DNA of 63,926 bases, the filler included, from Trichomonas gallinae (taxonomy: Eukaryota), in the NCBI GenBank assembly GCA_008369845.1. It is 5 parts of 5 records of this genome, joined end to end, with 100 filler letters (N's around TTAATTAATTAA, not from the genome) between each part and the next. Parts side by side here need not be neighbours in the genome. Positions count along the whole stretch, not along the records: positions 1 to 23,921 come from MRSU01000534.1; positions 24,022 to 35,359 come from MRSU01000535.1; 3 more parts are not named here. One strand, 5' to 3'. Positions 20,901-30,023 of the stretch are shown here, piece after piece. Each line of letters opens with the position of its first letter. Position 1 is the stretch's first letter. The position numbers and the translations under genes are program-made. Below the pieces are notes generated by a model that was given only the letters and a program-made list of their open reading frames with translations, ran no database searches and was not told where the DNA came from.

Positions 20901-23499
20901 AGTTTCAGAACTTGATTCAAGAATCGAAAAAGTTTTGATGCTAAAGATTTTCGTGATTCTTGTTTCTGTTCATAGGAAGGCTTCAGAAATTCCTGAAAAT
21001 CTCACTAAAAAGACAATTGTTATTGATTGCAGTGAAAGCACATTAGATGCGGTAAGATCGAATGTTTCGAAAGTTATTTTATCTAAATTCGACTCAGATT
21101 TAGTGCCAAAACTTGTTCACAATGGAATTGCTGAGAAATCATTGAATGATGATATCGAAAGATTCATGGAACAATTAATAGACACGATGGTTTTCTTCCA
21201 CGAGAAAATCTCTCAGCCAACGAAATATGATCTCGCAGGCGATAAAGAACAACTCACAAAACTTTTTGCTGCCAAAGATTATTTGATACAAACATTATGC
21301 AACACACCAAACTTTGGATTAATACAAAAAGAATATTCACTAGCTCAGCAACAATTCGGATCTGTTATAGAAGCTGCCGAAAAGCTTTGGGTTGCTTTGT
21401 CAAGAAGAGTTTCACTATTGAATCATTCTTACTGTTTTTCATTCGATCAATACCTGAAACTTCTTGATTCCACTTTAGAGAAAAGTGTCAGTGCTGCAAA
21501 AAGTATTCATGAAGCAAGAAAGAAAGTCATTCATTCTGTTATTGCTTGGGTATCAAATAGTTTATGTTGTCCTGATTTGTATTTCTTCCTATTTGCGTCA
21601 AGTTTCATGCTGAAACATGGAAATTGGAATGATTTCGATGCCATCGCTGAACACATAAACGAAGTCATTCACGATAAAATTGGATTCTTTCAGGTAGATT
21701 TGACACCATCTCACGCAATAGAAAACTTGAAATATGGCCCAATAGAAGCGATTTTCAAGTTAATTGATTCATATATATCTGAAGTTATCGGTCCAGACTA
21801 TCCACAGTATATCATAAATTATTCGACTGATTATCTTTTGAATTCGATGAACAAACTTCCAACAATTGTTTTCATTTCGAAGAACAAGTATGACGTAATT
21901 AACTCCGCTGTTGATTATGCACTGGCAAGAGGTATGTCCGATACTTTTGCTTTTATTTCATTGAATGAAATAACCATGGGAAAGTGTCAAACATTCTATG
22001 ATGAAATTTCACAAACTGCGCGAACATTGTTTATTTCTTATTCATCATATTCTCCAGAAATTACATTATTTGTTTACAGATGCATAATGATGCACTTGGA
22101 AGGAAAATGCCATGCGCAGTTCAAACCAATATTCATTATTTCTGACACCATCAAACTGCCACCAATAATTTTGTCAAAAGTCAGGAAAATTGTTTACGAA
22201 GACTTCCCATCTCCAAGATTCATGGTCTTCAACATCATAGAAAGACTACACACTTTATTTGATGGAATAGAAGAATCAAGAAATATAAGAAGAATTTTGT
22301 TCATAATTTGTATCATTTTCGCTCAAATTGACATTCTTAATTTCACTCGTCCATTCGAGATTGTTGAGAGCCCGTGCAATGCTGGTGACATCAAACCAGT
22401 CTTCCAGAGCATATACCACTTGTTCTCAACTAATGATATTCCAATGAAGAATATAAGAGACTTGTTCGATGAAGTAATTTTCTCGTCAAAAAGTGAAAAC
22501 GAATTTTTGAGGCAGAGAATTTCTAATTTGATTTTCATAATGTTGAACAATGAATGCTTCGATGACTCCTACCAATTTGTTGATCCATCAGCACGAGATG
22601 CACAATTCTGGGCAATTCCTAAAGATGCGACAATCAACCAAATGCTTCAGAACACAATCAGCAAATATCCTGTTTTACCAAGCATAACAATCACAGGAAT
22701 GAAGACTGATAGAACATCTCTGATCTTGGCAACAAGACTATCAATATATGTCTCAAGGGCATTCATTAAATATTTCAACACAATGAAGAAAGAAGAAAAT
22801 TCCATCAAATCTGTTGATCAATTTTTGACTTTGATTCCACAAGAAATCGAAATCGAAAAAATACAAGTTTCATCTGAAATAATACGAAACTTCTGGATAA
22901 CAGAATCAAGCAAGTTTAATTCGATAATCAAACTAATCAAAGACACTGCCAAATCGTATGAACATGAAATTTTGCTTGAAACAACTCCAGAAAAGTGGCT
23001 CTTTAATAGATTTAATTCCAGATTGAAATTCTTCATCAGGCAACTTTGCGACATCAAGAAACAAATAGAAAATGGAAATTCTTATAATTTCGAAATCATT
23101 GATGCTTCTCTTGTTCTAGACATGCAGAATTATTTCTTGACTTTGTTGTCAGAGGCTGCAACAAACAGAAGACAAACACTTGATTCGTTAGAGATTTTAT
23201 TCTCATTGCAGGACAATATTCCTGGAATGAAGTTCATTGACAATCTATACATGATGAATGGAAACATCCAAGAATCTGAACTGGTGAATTCCGATGCTGT
23301 AATCACTAAATTGCCCAGAATATCAATAAGAATTGTCAGCAAAGATGATTTTAATGGAAGAACATTCAAAATTCCGATTTTCGAATCATTTGGGGGAAAA
23401 ATCGTTTACAGAGCACTTTTTCCTTCACAAAGAGCGGAAAGAGAAATAATTACTAACAATGTATCAATTTATTGCAATGTTGATGAAAATATGAAATAA
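11935..23499 (+). CDS. Divergent dynein heavy chain-like protein
   Basis: 3854 aa. DHC linker motifs (LKENHWKLLF, WWKFQSNW, KRKEIPRLYLLSDYEIIYMLS, GPVEKWL), P-loops GPANSGKS and GPISSGKS, SRCG, stalk coiled coil, PLIIDP. Confidence 0.85.
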   Translation: MQKPGDMKIEIPEGYNVIKSRPSKENSPVSSHSLFDTESLRKEVRMYNVVDPKLPSTDSNPQFLAMSNKLKKNIFQPTLTKRKNNTDKLTLLNRKPLSSLQRETPLQIEKKKEEQERKELNFTEDPIAYFAKHREGSGHKFIYLIQAKSRDDPDFNPYELKKVIFKEVGPEYYTMSPEGVTFIDSEGNTDHYDIESWVNEVTHYNSIKKLPFFSQYKLWKNVRLWKNFIQTQRYAAIKSLSIEHPLLQKNSMSYTTPTFAVHIYKYQAQIAEILLPFKHQRKMKLRDFIEFFDKSLSKVSVIYEEMIEQIAETINHIYLQVTDPQNLVVKDEDYSESRRVNPNIQQMMMLEVKKKEDKEAKLKKMDNEIRNLIKYTRLVDYMILELLREACFKTFSENADIVIGDKSEVFQIDVKYDDNGGIEFEPSIDYLIETVDNYLMKSVKCLQKLPRLYKCKQIRKLLTYTVENPKDLFIDGPSLEKIMSCSSFIQETKDRIFNVLRQSFEEARSISQSFTDYYRLYTMGMNWSVNNYVRRLDGSVYEGELNIYVRPFEKLDSDFLTHPENEPNINIEEIINDVKFLRKEEARSAFIRGGATCGTFYVDSLTLRSKLNPIPKTILADIAKMLSNFVQLKIDLLSRLFKTYRTLMKNESSTLAIFTKICELLNQIEEQLPKMTKEIANIDDINAMMESSGFTPVETTIHDEFHSFKKAYKEAVTLKTYSTKRYQQTLSGMVNEIESLLNTYFMESRKTPKSVKDANLKEYIASTQHIKKHSEELQEKITECQRYQTILGVEVSSFGLFKEILKNVNFSEALQKILGIWENIKNAMSFSPFIYVDIDNLEKDFNDLTESLDIIHQIQLRSPAVLIEIEEEKKKYEMYMPQLRQLATSKLKENHWKLLFQQSGKDGLYKNSATVDELIQLSILSNTKSIDSVTADSMGESTILSDFSNIRNKWEDIPLPITYVNPKQPTSIIIGSTSQLIADINDTLLALDAFLSNKYIDFIRYDLMGLHQRLTSSIDILNLWWKFQSNWTIVEPIFKNKTFGELLKDQQSNYLFVFNNFKNIAIHALENSRLLSICWMPNINQIFIQINEKLDIILSELGIIAEQKRKEIPRLYLLSDYEIIYMLSTKNFDEFVSIILKLMSRVKRLDYKSNQIPEISSDFQMTLSNFPTLAIFSAIGDDGDTLPLTSFVQCSGPVEKWLSKLFTNMSISLLNSVISANKDFKNYIISEWATSKPSYVCMLSLLCWFASSFDEALTIYETNPLSFRPFEAKINSFIQEMSKSYNNSMSSNETRKVSSLIMILNMMLDKLHLITDKSISYSQNEKWRDELKFYVNENEQLVLSFMGDVWEHGLEFWGDISDLDPCVSFDKFMHNFYFTRKLLRPNILYNSSLSDLSNELNSLAMYYGSYIYTAPAFATKQNIYIEKVMKGVINGGFWINFINANLLSEENLTYISDITQNIAMAIDGRQPNIVINNENIEINKNSFVFLTATTESISDGSMPAQLLSFSRKTAYIPPDMNDYMYIKLCSLGYRSAPTSSLKLAYLFNAISKLIVPSISIYKAAEEIVNSAYEISQEIKYDIATPFITLNDDYKTFEEYSLSRAIYLYFIQFDLTENQKNLLIKEIHASLNIEWDENLFYEKLIQSKVFKYDIAKQHVINFAREYFEKYGTQLCDYFSQKVWELIQLIETKGCIIISGPANSGKSLLLQSLSYIYDKLNKLERLPKLKCIETVLTEKVFIGSTKWDNIAGYYGEGHWHYGVIESAINNLMKTTQMPYHKFLILDGNLTNSFVNFIDQSLIKQNFMTFRYGNTIPIGEDFHILVETNDVSLVNPSLISRCGILSLDNLQLSPMDVANNLKVSLRYPDIPLGIIMEKSSYNGFESQMIKKTISETLPKIIEIASKFKSALSLSDNIGKIANDSINYGLQMMKINQINVSNATDIRTSFVISALTILLAYFDTNVFNQFEKVIQIEFSLPIPNDWTGQQIPDELWDYYAHPTISLMRYYKAKIIPINFETLTKPPFKKASQNFYFPDDYIVSTAQNIRQYNMLKVLIESNAPIILSGPISSGKSSLIRLVLKDAHQIDPIFINVSKFTTTQDILTFLIKMTNLVSKHKRLESNTKYPICLVFENIEGENVEIMELIRMMMENKEILEYSKVGHKYFPKLHLATFNYIIITRDFTKFSPRFLSNFALVRIDQPTTLTQRIILKKQLLNAGVNSNLALFTSRIMQNLNMSIQKMQQLIIPLCNIPERSGKTNQTKAEYCKMLFSEVFIEYYYCQEEQFSEMFSKAEILFDEYDLARAYQQLQIDPTHYAYTIDQNKMDVKPFDTITIDLLIKEKLKIETSERSAYNFAMLQHSLHKQQKPVIIKADESTELTQFIGMQLPIKTQLVDFIQDKTRVRERLKDVCNRSVFNEQLHFVIASIHKNEQDIYDLLTSILIYHDFPIIFNEKEIERMCQKMANEENLTIDLRAKSIAEIKADLAKNTRLIIITNEIYDFMNDYHYDFIITYPPTLKMISNQYLSGQYRQISNIIATIIESITDIIPFNNSLLEKELVKIFSSRVEKENESNERQIQRIQKCNDFLDLINQIYEKSTDVIDDLKSQKEMFEKQLADMKKQIAESNETISMKKGQLGETMKKKNLKVLEQKDLLEEAEFNKKVFKPQLEMNKEDLPKLREACISADPKVRVIIETVFAILGTRAIEDDFIERMNNLDYESINLLDFQLFSMKVKEDPIMDRNMIGPLQALFKFLQNAMKTTESSIKKTEIQQTLKSRERSVEIFNIAAAKEQANLKDEQLGVNITSDMVQSVTNGVQYIKKQITKEEEKRRVIEQITKDISILKMKWDDKLEILQKRETTIPADEMLYSFYLIYCGMVETRSSRGDILDAVMDAMIAKNYETSYQQQLDAIEDKLLYPPGVDMKMFIPPLLKVDISHILLSPVTPLIIDPDHIATDIIINSNPSVALSVYEADFDQKVAQAKSENKTLIVTEVSELDSRIEKVLMLKIFVILVSVHRKASEIPENLTKKTIVIDCSESTLDAVRSNVSKVILSKFDSDLVPKLVHNGIAEKSLNDDIERFMEQLIDTMVFFHEKISQPTKYDLAGDKEQLTKLFAAKDYLIQTLCNTPNFGLIQKEYSLAQQQFGSVIEAAEKLWVALSRRVSLLNHSYCFSFDQYLKLLDSTLEKSVSAAKSIHEARKKVIHSVIAWVSNSLCCPDLYFFLFASSFMLKHGNWNDFDAIAEHINEVIHDKIGFFQVDLTPSHAIENLKYGPIEAIFKLIDSYISEVIGPDYPQYIINYSTDYLLNSMNKLPTIVFISKNKYDVINSAVDYALARGMSDTFAFISLNEITMGKCQTFYDEISQTARTLFISYSSYSPEITLFVYRCIMMHLEGKCHAQFKPIFIISDTIKLPPIILSKVRKIVYEDFPSPRFMVFNIIERLHTLFDGIEESRNIRRILFIICIIFAQIDILNFTRPFEIVESPCNAGDIKPVFQSIYHLFSTNDIPMKNIRDLFDEVIFSSKSENEFLRQRISNLIFIMLNNECFDDSYQFVDPSARDAQFWAIPKDATINQMLQNTISKYPVLPSITITGMKTDRTSLILATRLSIYVSRAFIKYFNTMKKEENSIKSVDQFLTLIPQEIEIEKIQVSSEIIRNFWITESSKFNSIIKLIKDTAKSYEHEILLETTPEKWLFNRFNSRLKFFIRQLCDIKKQIENGNSYNFEIIDASLVLDMQNYFLTLLSEAATNRRQTLDSLEILFSLQDNIPGMKFIDNLYMMNGNIQESELVNSDAVITKLPRISIRIVSKDDFNGRTFKIPIFESFGGKIVYRALFPSQRAEREIITNNVSIYCNVDENMK

Positions 23500-23921
23500 T
23501 TTAGGTTTTTTATATTGTTTTTTGTTTTTATATAAATATGTTATTTACTTTATTTAAAATCTATAACAATAAAGCATCACTATCTGTCTTAGATTAACAT
23601 ATTGTGACAAAAAAAAAAACAATTCAAAACTTGCACAAGATTGTTTTAAATTATATGTTTCTTTTATAAAACATTGAATATATTATAATCTTATTGTTGA
23701 TATATTTCAATAAAGCACAATATTGTATAAATATTCAAGATAATGAATAATTTATGCTGGAAATCGAATCTTATGCAAGGCTCGTGCCATGGCGGATTTA
23801 TTCCGCCAACACACGAGCAAAAAAAATGCACGATTTTTTCATTTCGCCATAATGTTATTAGGGGCAAAGTGACACCCCCTGTAAATGGCACCAAATCTAA
23901 TAATACGAATCATTGGATGCA

Positions 23922-24021
23922 NNNNNNNNNNNNNNNNNNNNNNNNNNNNNNNNNNNNNNNNNNNNTTAATTAATTAANNNNNNNNNNNNNNNNNNNNNNN
24001 NNNNNNNNNNNNNNNNNNNNN
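23922..24021. other. Artificial contig-joining linker
   Basis: N44-TTAATTAATTAA-N44; stop codons in all six frames. Confidence 0.97.
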
Positions 24022-24397
24022 CAACAAGCAGTTTGTGCTCATGATGGTCTACAAATTCGAGAAAGATATTGTTTACGCAATTGATCCTTACACAACATCT
24101 CCAAATCCGGAGATTATTGAACTTAAATCTGATCAATGGACGCCACTCCCTACAATTATCCCAGAAAAGCCAATTGCACGCTGGGAGCATGCAAAGAACA
24201 ACAAAGTTTTGGTTATCATGCCACAAGAAGGATCTCGCCAATTTTTCCCTGCAACTGTTATCGCTCGCCCGTGTGATATCGCTAATGATGATAACCCTGA
24301 TCAAATCCGTGGATATCAACTCGATTTTGGTGATGATGAAGCAAGAATTATTCCTGAACAGTTCGTCGTTACTTACCTTGATCACTGGAAGAATTAG
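24022..24397 (+). CDS. 5'-truncated SGF29-like tandem Tudor domain protein (SAGA-associated H3K4me reader family)
   Basis: KVLVIMPQ..RQFFPATVIARP...YQLDFGDD...IPEQFVV resembles the SGF29 C-terminal VLALYP..T.FY.A.V...P...Y.L.F.D...V..R.VV pattern. Confidence 0.6.
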
Positions 24398-24842
24398 AAT
24401 TATATGTTTGTATATATTTTGAGTTTTCTTTGTTATAAAATTTATTGTTTAATTATCAATATTATAATATTTTGATGATTTTTGCATATAGAGCATTACT
24501 ATATAAAACATCAAGCGACAACTATATCACTATTGTCTCTATTCCAAAAGATAATGATTTTTTCTTGAATTTTCGAAATATTTTCTAAAATTAAACCTAT
24601 ATTTATAATATAGGATATTCTTCCACTAACAGCTATAGTCTTCTGTGAATATAAGTCAATCAATATAATTTAATTTTATCAAAATTTCATAATCATATTT
24701 ATTCAAACAATTTGTACAATTATAAATGTTAAAACAAGTAATATGGTGTTTGTGGCGATTTAATGACATTGCAGTTGCAGATACTGCATAAATAAATTTT
24801 TATCTTTTCTTGTTGAAAATATTGTAGCTAGCATGTTTTGAA

Positions 24843-25259
24843 CTAAAATGAGTGGAATTTTTGTTCTAGATACTGAAGATATTGATCATTACTGTTGGCC
24901 TTCGCACATTGGGCTGTAACTATGCTATATCTGCCATTCATTTCGTTATTTTTAAAGATAACCTTAGCTACATTTTGAAAATCGTATTTTGGTGGGATAA
25001 TATAAGTAATATCTCCTCCAACAAAAGGAAGATGATCATTTGTCTGTAATTCTTCGATGTTATACCAGTAGTTTTGTATATAATACGTTTTGAAATCTTT
25101 TTCCGTTCCAATAATTTGATCCCCATTATTATTTATTACGTAATATATCTGCCCATTTTCATAAAAATGGTACAGTATTGGAGTTTCATACAGCGAATTC
25201 AATTCAAAATTGTTTTCTGAATCAATTTCTTCTTCTTCATCCTTTTGCTTATCAGCCAT
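24843..25259 (-). CDS. Small acidic protein, possible degenerate HP1-like (chromo + chromoshadow) architecture
   Basis: ATG at 25259 follows a minus-strand Inr TCATTTT. Acidic N-terminus, ILYHFYENGQIYYVI, and C-terminal IVTAQCAKANSNDQYLQYLEQK. Confidence 0.5.
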   Translation of the reverse strand: MADKQKDEEEEIDSENNFELNSLYETPILYHFYENGQIYYVINNNGDQIIGTEKDFKTYYIQNYWYNIEELQTNDHLPFVGGDITYIIPPKYDFQNVAKVIFKNNEMNGRYSIVTAQCAKANSNDQYLQYLEQKFHSF

Positions 25260-25601
25260 CAATAAAAATGACCAACAATGATTAAAAAATTAGTTATTAA
25301 TCTGAAAATAGTGGACCAAACACTAACATAGCATGAATTATTTATAAATTGATTTCAATTTTATAAACAATCAATTTTGAGACATCCACAATGAAATAAC
25401 ATAATTACTATATGAATAATAGATGTTCTCAATGAGTAACATCAAAAATATTGAAATCTTAGAAATTGAACATATATTTTAAAGAACAAGTATAAATAAC
25501 AAAAAAATTACATGAATAAACCATAATAAATGAGTGATTAATAAGTTGTAGAATACTCTAGACAGCAAAATTAGTATATTAATCAACAAAAAAATGCATT
25601 C

Positions 25602-26072
25602 TCATAGTGGAAGAGAATTATCGGGGGAAACGTACTTACTATAAGGTCTTTTTGCCGGTGTGCTGCTTTTTGCTCTAATTGCTGTCTTATTTTGTAAAGT
25701 TTCAATTTCGCTTTTGAGAAATTCTATTTCTGATTGAATGCTTTTAACTGCCATATCATGAGTCCTTCTCCTCTGTTCTCTTTCTTCTCTTGCTTGCCTT
25801 ATTTTTGGTTGAATATTCCTTAGTTTCGTTTCCAAAACGGACCAATCATATATGCTTGGGGAAACTTCAAAAATCATTCCACAATTTTGAATATGGCAAG
25901 GTCTTTTTTCTGGTTTTGTTTGATTTGCAAGTTGAAAAACTTCATTGTAGCATGTTTGCTGTGTACGAATTGTCGAGATCATCTTATGTATGAGCTCTGT
26001 TAAAATATTTTTGTCATTCTCTGTGTTTCCTATATTCGGAATTTCGAAACTCATTTTATTATAAACGTTCAT
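25602..26072 (-). CDS. Hypothetical coiled-coil protein
   Basis: 156-aa ORF with heptad-rich KLRNIQPKIRQAREERE...IQSEIEFLKSEIETLQ; the start may be the second Met (MSFEIP). Confidence 0.65.
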   Translation of the reverse strand: MNVYNKMSFEIPNIGNTENDKNILTELIHKMISTIRTQQTCYNEVFQLANQTKPEKRPCHIQNCGMIFEVSPSIYDWSVLETKLRNIQPKIRQAREEREQRRRTHDMAVKSIQSEIEFLKSEIETLQNKTAIRAKSSTPAKRPYSKYVSPDNSLPL

Positions 26073-27309
26073 TATTGAGGGGTGGAATCCATGACCCTGT
26101 AATAAATAACCTTATTATAGAAAATGATTTTTACATGAAATGATACATATAGTTATGGACATTCTTAATCTGAAGCTAAAAAAATTCTCTAATATGCAAC
26201 AGTTAGAGTTATTCTCTAAATATTTATTAATCATCTTCCCTATTTTCATGCACGATCACAATACACCAAAATATAACAATATGATGTTGAGCTTGAACTA
26301 TTGGATGAAGTTTTCTCATTAATATATTAAAATATCACTCAGTTTACCTCAATTTTAGACGAAATTAAGTAAATGTGTCTAATTAATAGAATATTAACTG
26401 ATTCATATTAATCAATCTAATGTTGGCAATAAAAAATACGAGAAAGCAACGTTTTGAGCACAATAATTGATTTTATTATTGTCAACAGTTAGATTAATAT
26501 ATACGAAATAACATGAATCGCAATTTAAAGAATGAGACATGATCAGATGAAATTTATTCATTTGGTATGAATTTTAATTCTTTCTATTGTTAATCTTTCT
26601 TTCTATTAACAATAGAAGCCTTTATGAATGAATGTTGAAAATAATTATGATATTCTGAATTAATCTATTTTGTAACAAAAAAAAAGCTTGATAGGAGAAA
26701 TAGAGTAATATGATGCTTTGATAAGGATTTATATATGGCGGCTACTGATGATTATTCATTCAAAAACGATATTTAACTTGATATAATCGAAGAAATTTAA
26801 ACTTCTGTGTTTTTCAAATGTTTTGTTAGTCTTGGATATTTATACGATTGTTGCTATTCTAAAACAATTTATCCATGAGCTTGATTTCGAAATTAACAAT
26901 TTGCTGCGCGAACACAGATAAAATTATTATTCTGGATACCAGCGATGTTTTGTACAAGTAAATGCGGATAAAACTCTCAATTTGAATTGAAATTATCTTT
27001 TTTGTAATAGCTATCGTGAATGCCGCCAAAAATCATTTGAAATGGTGTGTGAATTATTTGTATATTAGTGTTTTCATTTATTTGGTTCGCTTGATGCAAC
27101 AGATAAAATATAAAATGTTTTGAAAAGATCACACAAAATTTTATTAAATTTCTCTTAATCTACTTATTTCACGGCTATTAATTCAAATTTTTAATTTCAG
27201 AAAAATTGTCAAAAAAAATTATCAAACCATTATTCATGATTTATTCATTTATGTAGCTACATTGAAAAAATGGGAGGATTAAATTTTCTATAAGTCCCTA
27301 GAAAAGTGG

Positions 27310-28662
27310 ATGATAAGCTTATCAAAAATAAGGTTATCTATCATCAGCTCCTCTGATTTTCCGAAGCATTTTTTATATATGCAAAGAAGACTGAAGAAGT
27401 TGGATCTCACCCTTGTCATTGGGTTGGTGTTTATATATTATATTGTCTCATTCAACACAGGCGACTACGCAGCACATTTCGAAAATAATGTAACATGGAA
27501 GTATCCGAATCCGCCAACTCGTAGGTTTATCAAGTCTTTAGGAGTATACGCTGAAACATACGAGTCTCTTGGTGGCAATGAGCCTGTTTATGGCCACAGT
27601 GATATCGTTCCTAACAGAAAACCAGGTGATCCGTTATTTACAAAAAGAAAAATACCAGATAAACGTGGAAGAAGAATCTTCGACTGTTTCTTCTATTCAG
27701 GAGAAGCTGCTATGCTTTATATCCGCTTGTGGAGATATTATGACTACGTTGACAAATTCTTGATCACTGTTTTGCCTATTTCTTATACAAATCAGCCTAG
27801 GAACTACACACTTTGGCCGTTTGAAGAAGAAATCAGACAATTCAAGGATAAAATTGTATTCTTGGATGAATTACCGCCAACAGATTATAGCATTGACTCA
27901 TCTAAGGCTTGGTCATTCGAGAACTCAATCAGAAGATTCCATATTCAGTATATTAGGAAGCATTTCAAGCCGAAGAAAGGTGACTTGATTATTGCAACAG
28001 ATTTAGATGAACAGCTGACAAGAGAAGGCATGGACTGGGTTATTGAACACTTTACGAGCAGTGTTAACTTGTATCCATTAATGCCTCACTTGCAGCCAGG
28101 TTATCTATTCAAACAAGGCAACACAATTGGAATTACAGTTCACGAATACGACGACAACATGCCAGACTTGCTGGAAATTCGCCGCAAAGTCCACAGGCAT
28201 GGTCATTATACAGGCCAGATCCTCGCCACGCACTGCTCATGGTGCTTTACGCATCTTGAGAACTTTACTAGAAAGAAGGACTCATACAGTCACCAGGAGA
28301 AGAACATTTGGCCGCAGAACGACGACTCTTTCACTTTCAGATATCACTGGTGCCGTTTCTGGGATGCTAACGAGAGGTCATTCGTTCTTAAGCCGACAAT
28401 GGCCAACACAGGAACAACAATGGAAGACCTCATGCCTGATCACCCGAAGCTTAAATATTTAGTCACACCTGGCTTCATGCTGGACATTAATAAGACAATC
28501 TGGGAGTACGAAGACCTTGAAACAATGTGCTCAAGGCCTTTCCCTTCGAGAGCGGAGTGGGAAAAAAGAGCAAAAGAAAAAGGCATCTATATCATCCGCT
28601 ATCCAGTGCCTGTTCTTCCTTTCCCCAACATTACACATTTCAAACCTCAAATAACGCTGTAA
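27310..28662 (+). CDS. Glycosyltransferase family 17 (MGAT3/GnT-III-like) type II membrane protein
   Basis: IFDCFFYSGEAAMLYIRL..YDYVDKFLI, DLIIATDLDE (DxDE), HCSWCF, YSHQE and an N-terminal TM. The true start may be MQRR at 27379. Confidence 0.8.
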   Translation: MISLSKIRLSIISSSDFPKHFLYMQRRLKKLDLTLVIGLVFIYYIVSFNTGDYAAHFENNVTWKYPNPPTRRFIKSLGVYAETYESLGGNEPVYGHSDIVPNRKPGDPLFTKRKIPDKRGRRIFDCFFYSGEAAMLYIRLWRYYDYVDKFLITVLPISYTNQPRNYTLWPFEEEIRQFKDKIVFLDELPPTDYSIDSSKAWSFENSIRRFHIQYIRKHFKPKKGDLIIATDLDEQLTREGMDWVIEHFTSSVNLYPLMPHLQPGYLFKQGNTIGITVHEYDDNMPDLLEIRRKVHRHGHYTGQILATHCSWCFTHLENFTRKKDSYSHQEKNIWPQNDDSFTFRYHWCRFWDANERSFVLKPTMANTGTTMEDLMPDHPKLKYLVTPGFMLDINKTIWEYEDLETMCSRPFPSRAEWEKRAKEKGIYIIRYPVPVLPFPNITHFKPQITL

Positions 28663-29273
28663 TATTATTTTGTGCTAAACAAATCTTAATAGAATCTCTT
28701 ATATATCAAATCTTTTATATACAAACGATGAATGGAGTGATATGATGTGATTCTCACTAGAGTTTTTAGAACCTGAATCATTAGCAAACACATTTTTTCT
28801 CCTGTTGTTGTTTAGTTCCAAAAAAAAACTTCTTTTTTATAGGAGAAACAAGCAATTAGAAGTTTCACTAAACTATATTTTAAAACAAGGATATATCTTG
28901 TGGTTGATATTTGGCTTGTTCACGTTAATTTTTGATAATTTCAAATCTTTCATTAACATTGTGCACGATAAGCCAACTAAAACGCATCTGAAATATCTAA
29001 CATATGCATTTTCTAGTGTAATTTTCGTGTGATTATTAATCCAGAGAATATTTGCCTCAATATTCAAAATAAGATTTAGAACTGGATAAACTAGAGCCAT
29101 TTTCTACAATATATTTGCCATCATTGAGATGTATTATGATATTAATATAGCGATTATTGAAGATTCTCTTTGTTTAAATTTTGAATTTTGTGTTTTTTTG
29201 ACAAAAATGAACCAAATCTAGTTAGATGAGATGTAATATGTAACACAAAATGTTTAAACATATGAAATTGCTT

Positions 29274-30023
29274 TTACTCGAAGAGAGCTGGGCTGGATGC
29301 ACCAATACGTGAAGCACCAGCGGCGATGACTGCGCGAGCGGCTTCCTTTGTGCGGACACCACCAGCAGCCTTAACGCCGAACTTTGGACCGACAACTTTC
29401 CTCATGATTGCGACATGTTCTGGTGTAGCGCCAGCCTTGCCGAATCCTGTTGATGTCTTGACGTTGTGGGCACCACCAAGCACTGTGAGGATGGAAGCAT
29501 CAACGATCTGGTCCTCTGTGAGGTAGCAAGTTTCAATGATGCACTTAACGTAGCATTGTGGAACTGCAGCAACGATTTCTGCGATGTCCTGGCGAACCTT
29601 CTTGTAGTCACCCTCGATAAGGGCGCCGATATCGATAACCATATCGATTTCCTGAGCACCAGCATTTGCAGCCTCCTTAGACTCGAAAGCCTTAGCGGCG
29701 GATGTTGTAGCGCCGAGTGGGAATCCGACAACGGAGGCGATACGGATGTTTGTGCCTGCTAATTGCTCCTTGCAGATATGAACACGGTTTGGATTAACGC
29801 AAACGGCGATTGTGTGGTACTTCTTGGCCTTCTCGCATAGAGCTACGATGTCTTCCTTTGTAGAAAAGGCTGTAAGGACTGTGAAATCGACATGGCCAGC
29901 GATGTTCTCTGGGTCCTTGCAGAATGTTGGGTCTTCTGGTGCTGCAGCGAGCTTGGCGCGGACTTCGTCAACTGTTATGCCGAGTTGCTTGGCAACATAC
30001 TCAACACGCTCTGGATAATCCAT
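29274..30023 (-). CDS. deoC: Deoxyribose-phosphate aldolase
   Basis: VCVNP, VVGFPLGA, GAQEIDMVI, KCIIETCYL, Schiff-base VKTSTGFG, VKAAGGVRT, RIGASS; strong codon bias. Confidence 0.95.
   Translation of the reverse strand: MDYPERVEYVAKQLGITVDEVRAKLAAAPEDPTFCKDPENIAGHVDFTVLTAFSTKEDIVALCEKAKKYHTIAVCVNPNRVHICKEQLAGTNIRIASVVGFPLGATTSAAKAFESKEAANAGAQEIDMVIDIGALIEGDYKKVRQDIAEIVAAVPQCYVKCIIETCYLTEDQIVDASILTVLGGAHNVKTSTGFGKAGATPEHVAIMRKVVGPKFGVKAAGGVRTKEAARAVIAAGASRIGASSPALFE

Noticed and set aside
23966..23977. TTAATTAATTAA palindrome recurring four times (also 35404, 43437, 62411)
   Set aside because: Always centred in N44 flanks; an artificial six-frame-stop scaffold linker. ORFs spanning it (23743..23973, 23966..24385) are artefacts.
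24620..25335. ACTAAC branch-point-like hexamers as intron evidence
   Set aside because: Intergenic, and lacking the trichomonad ACTAACACACAG 3' motif and a matching 5' splice site.
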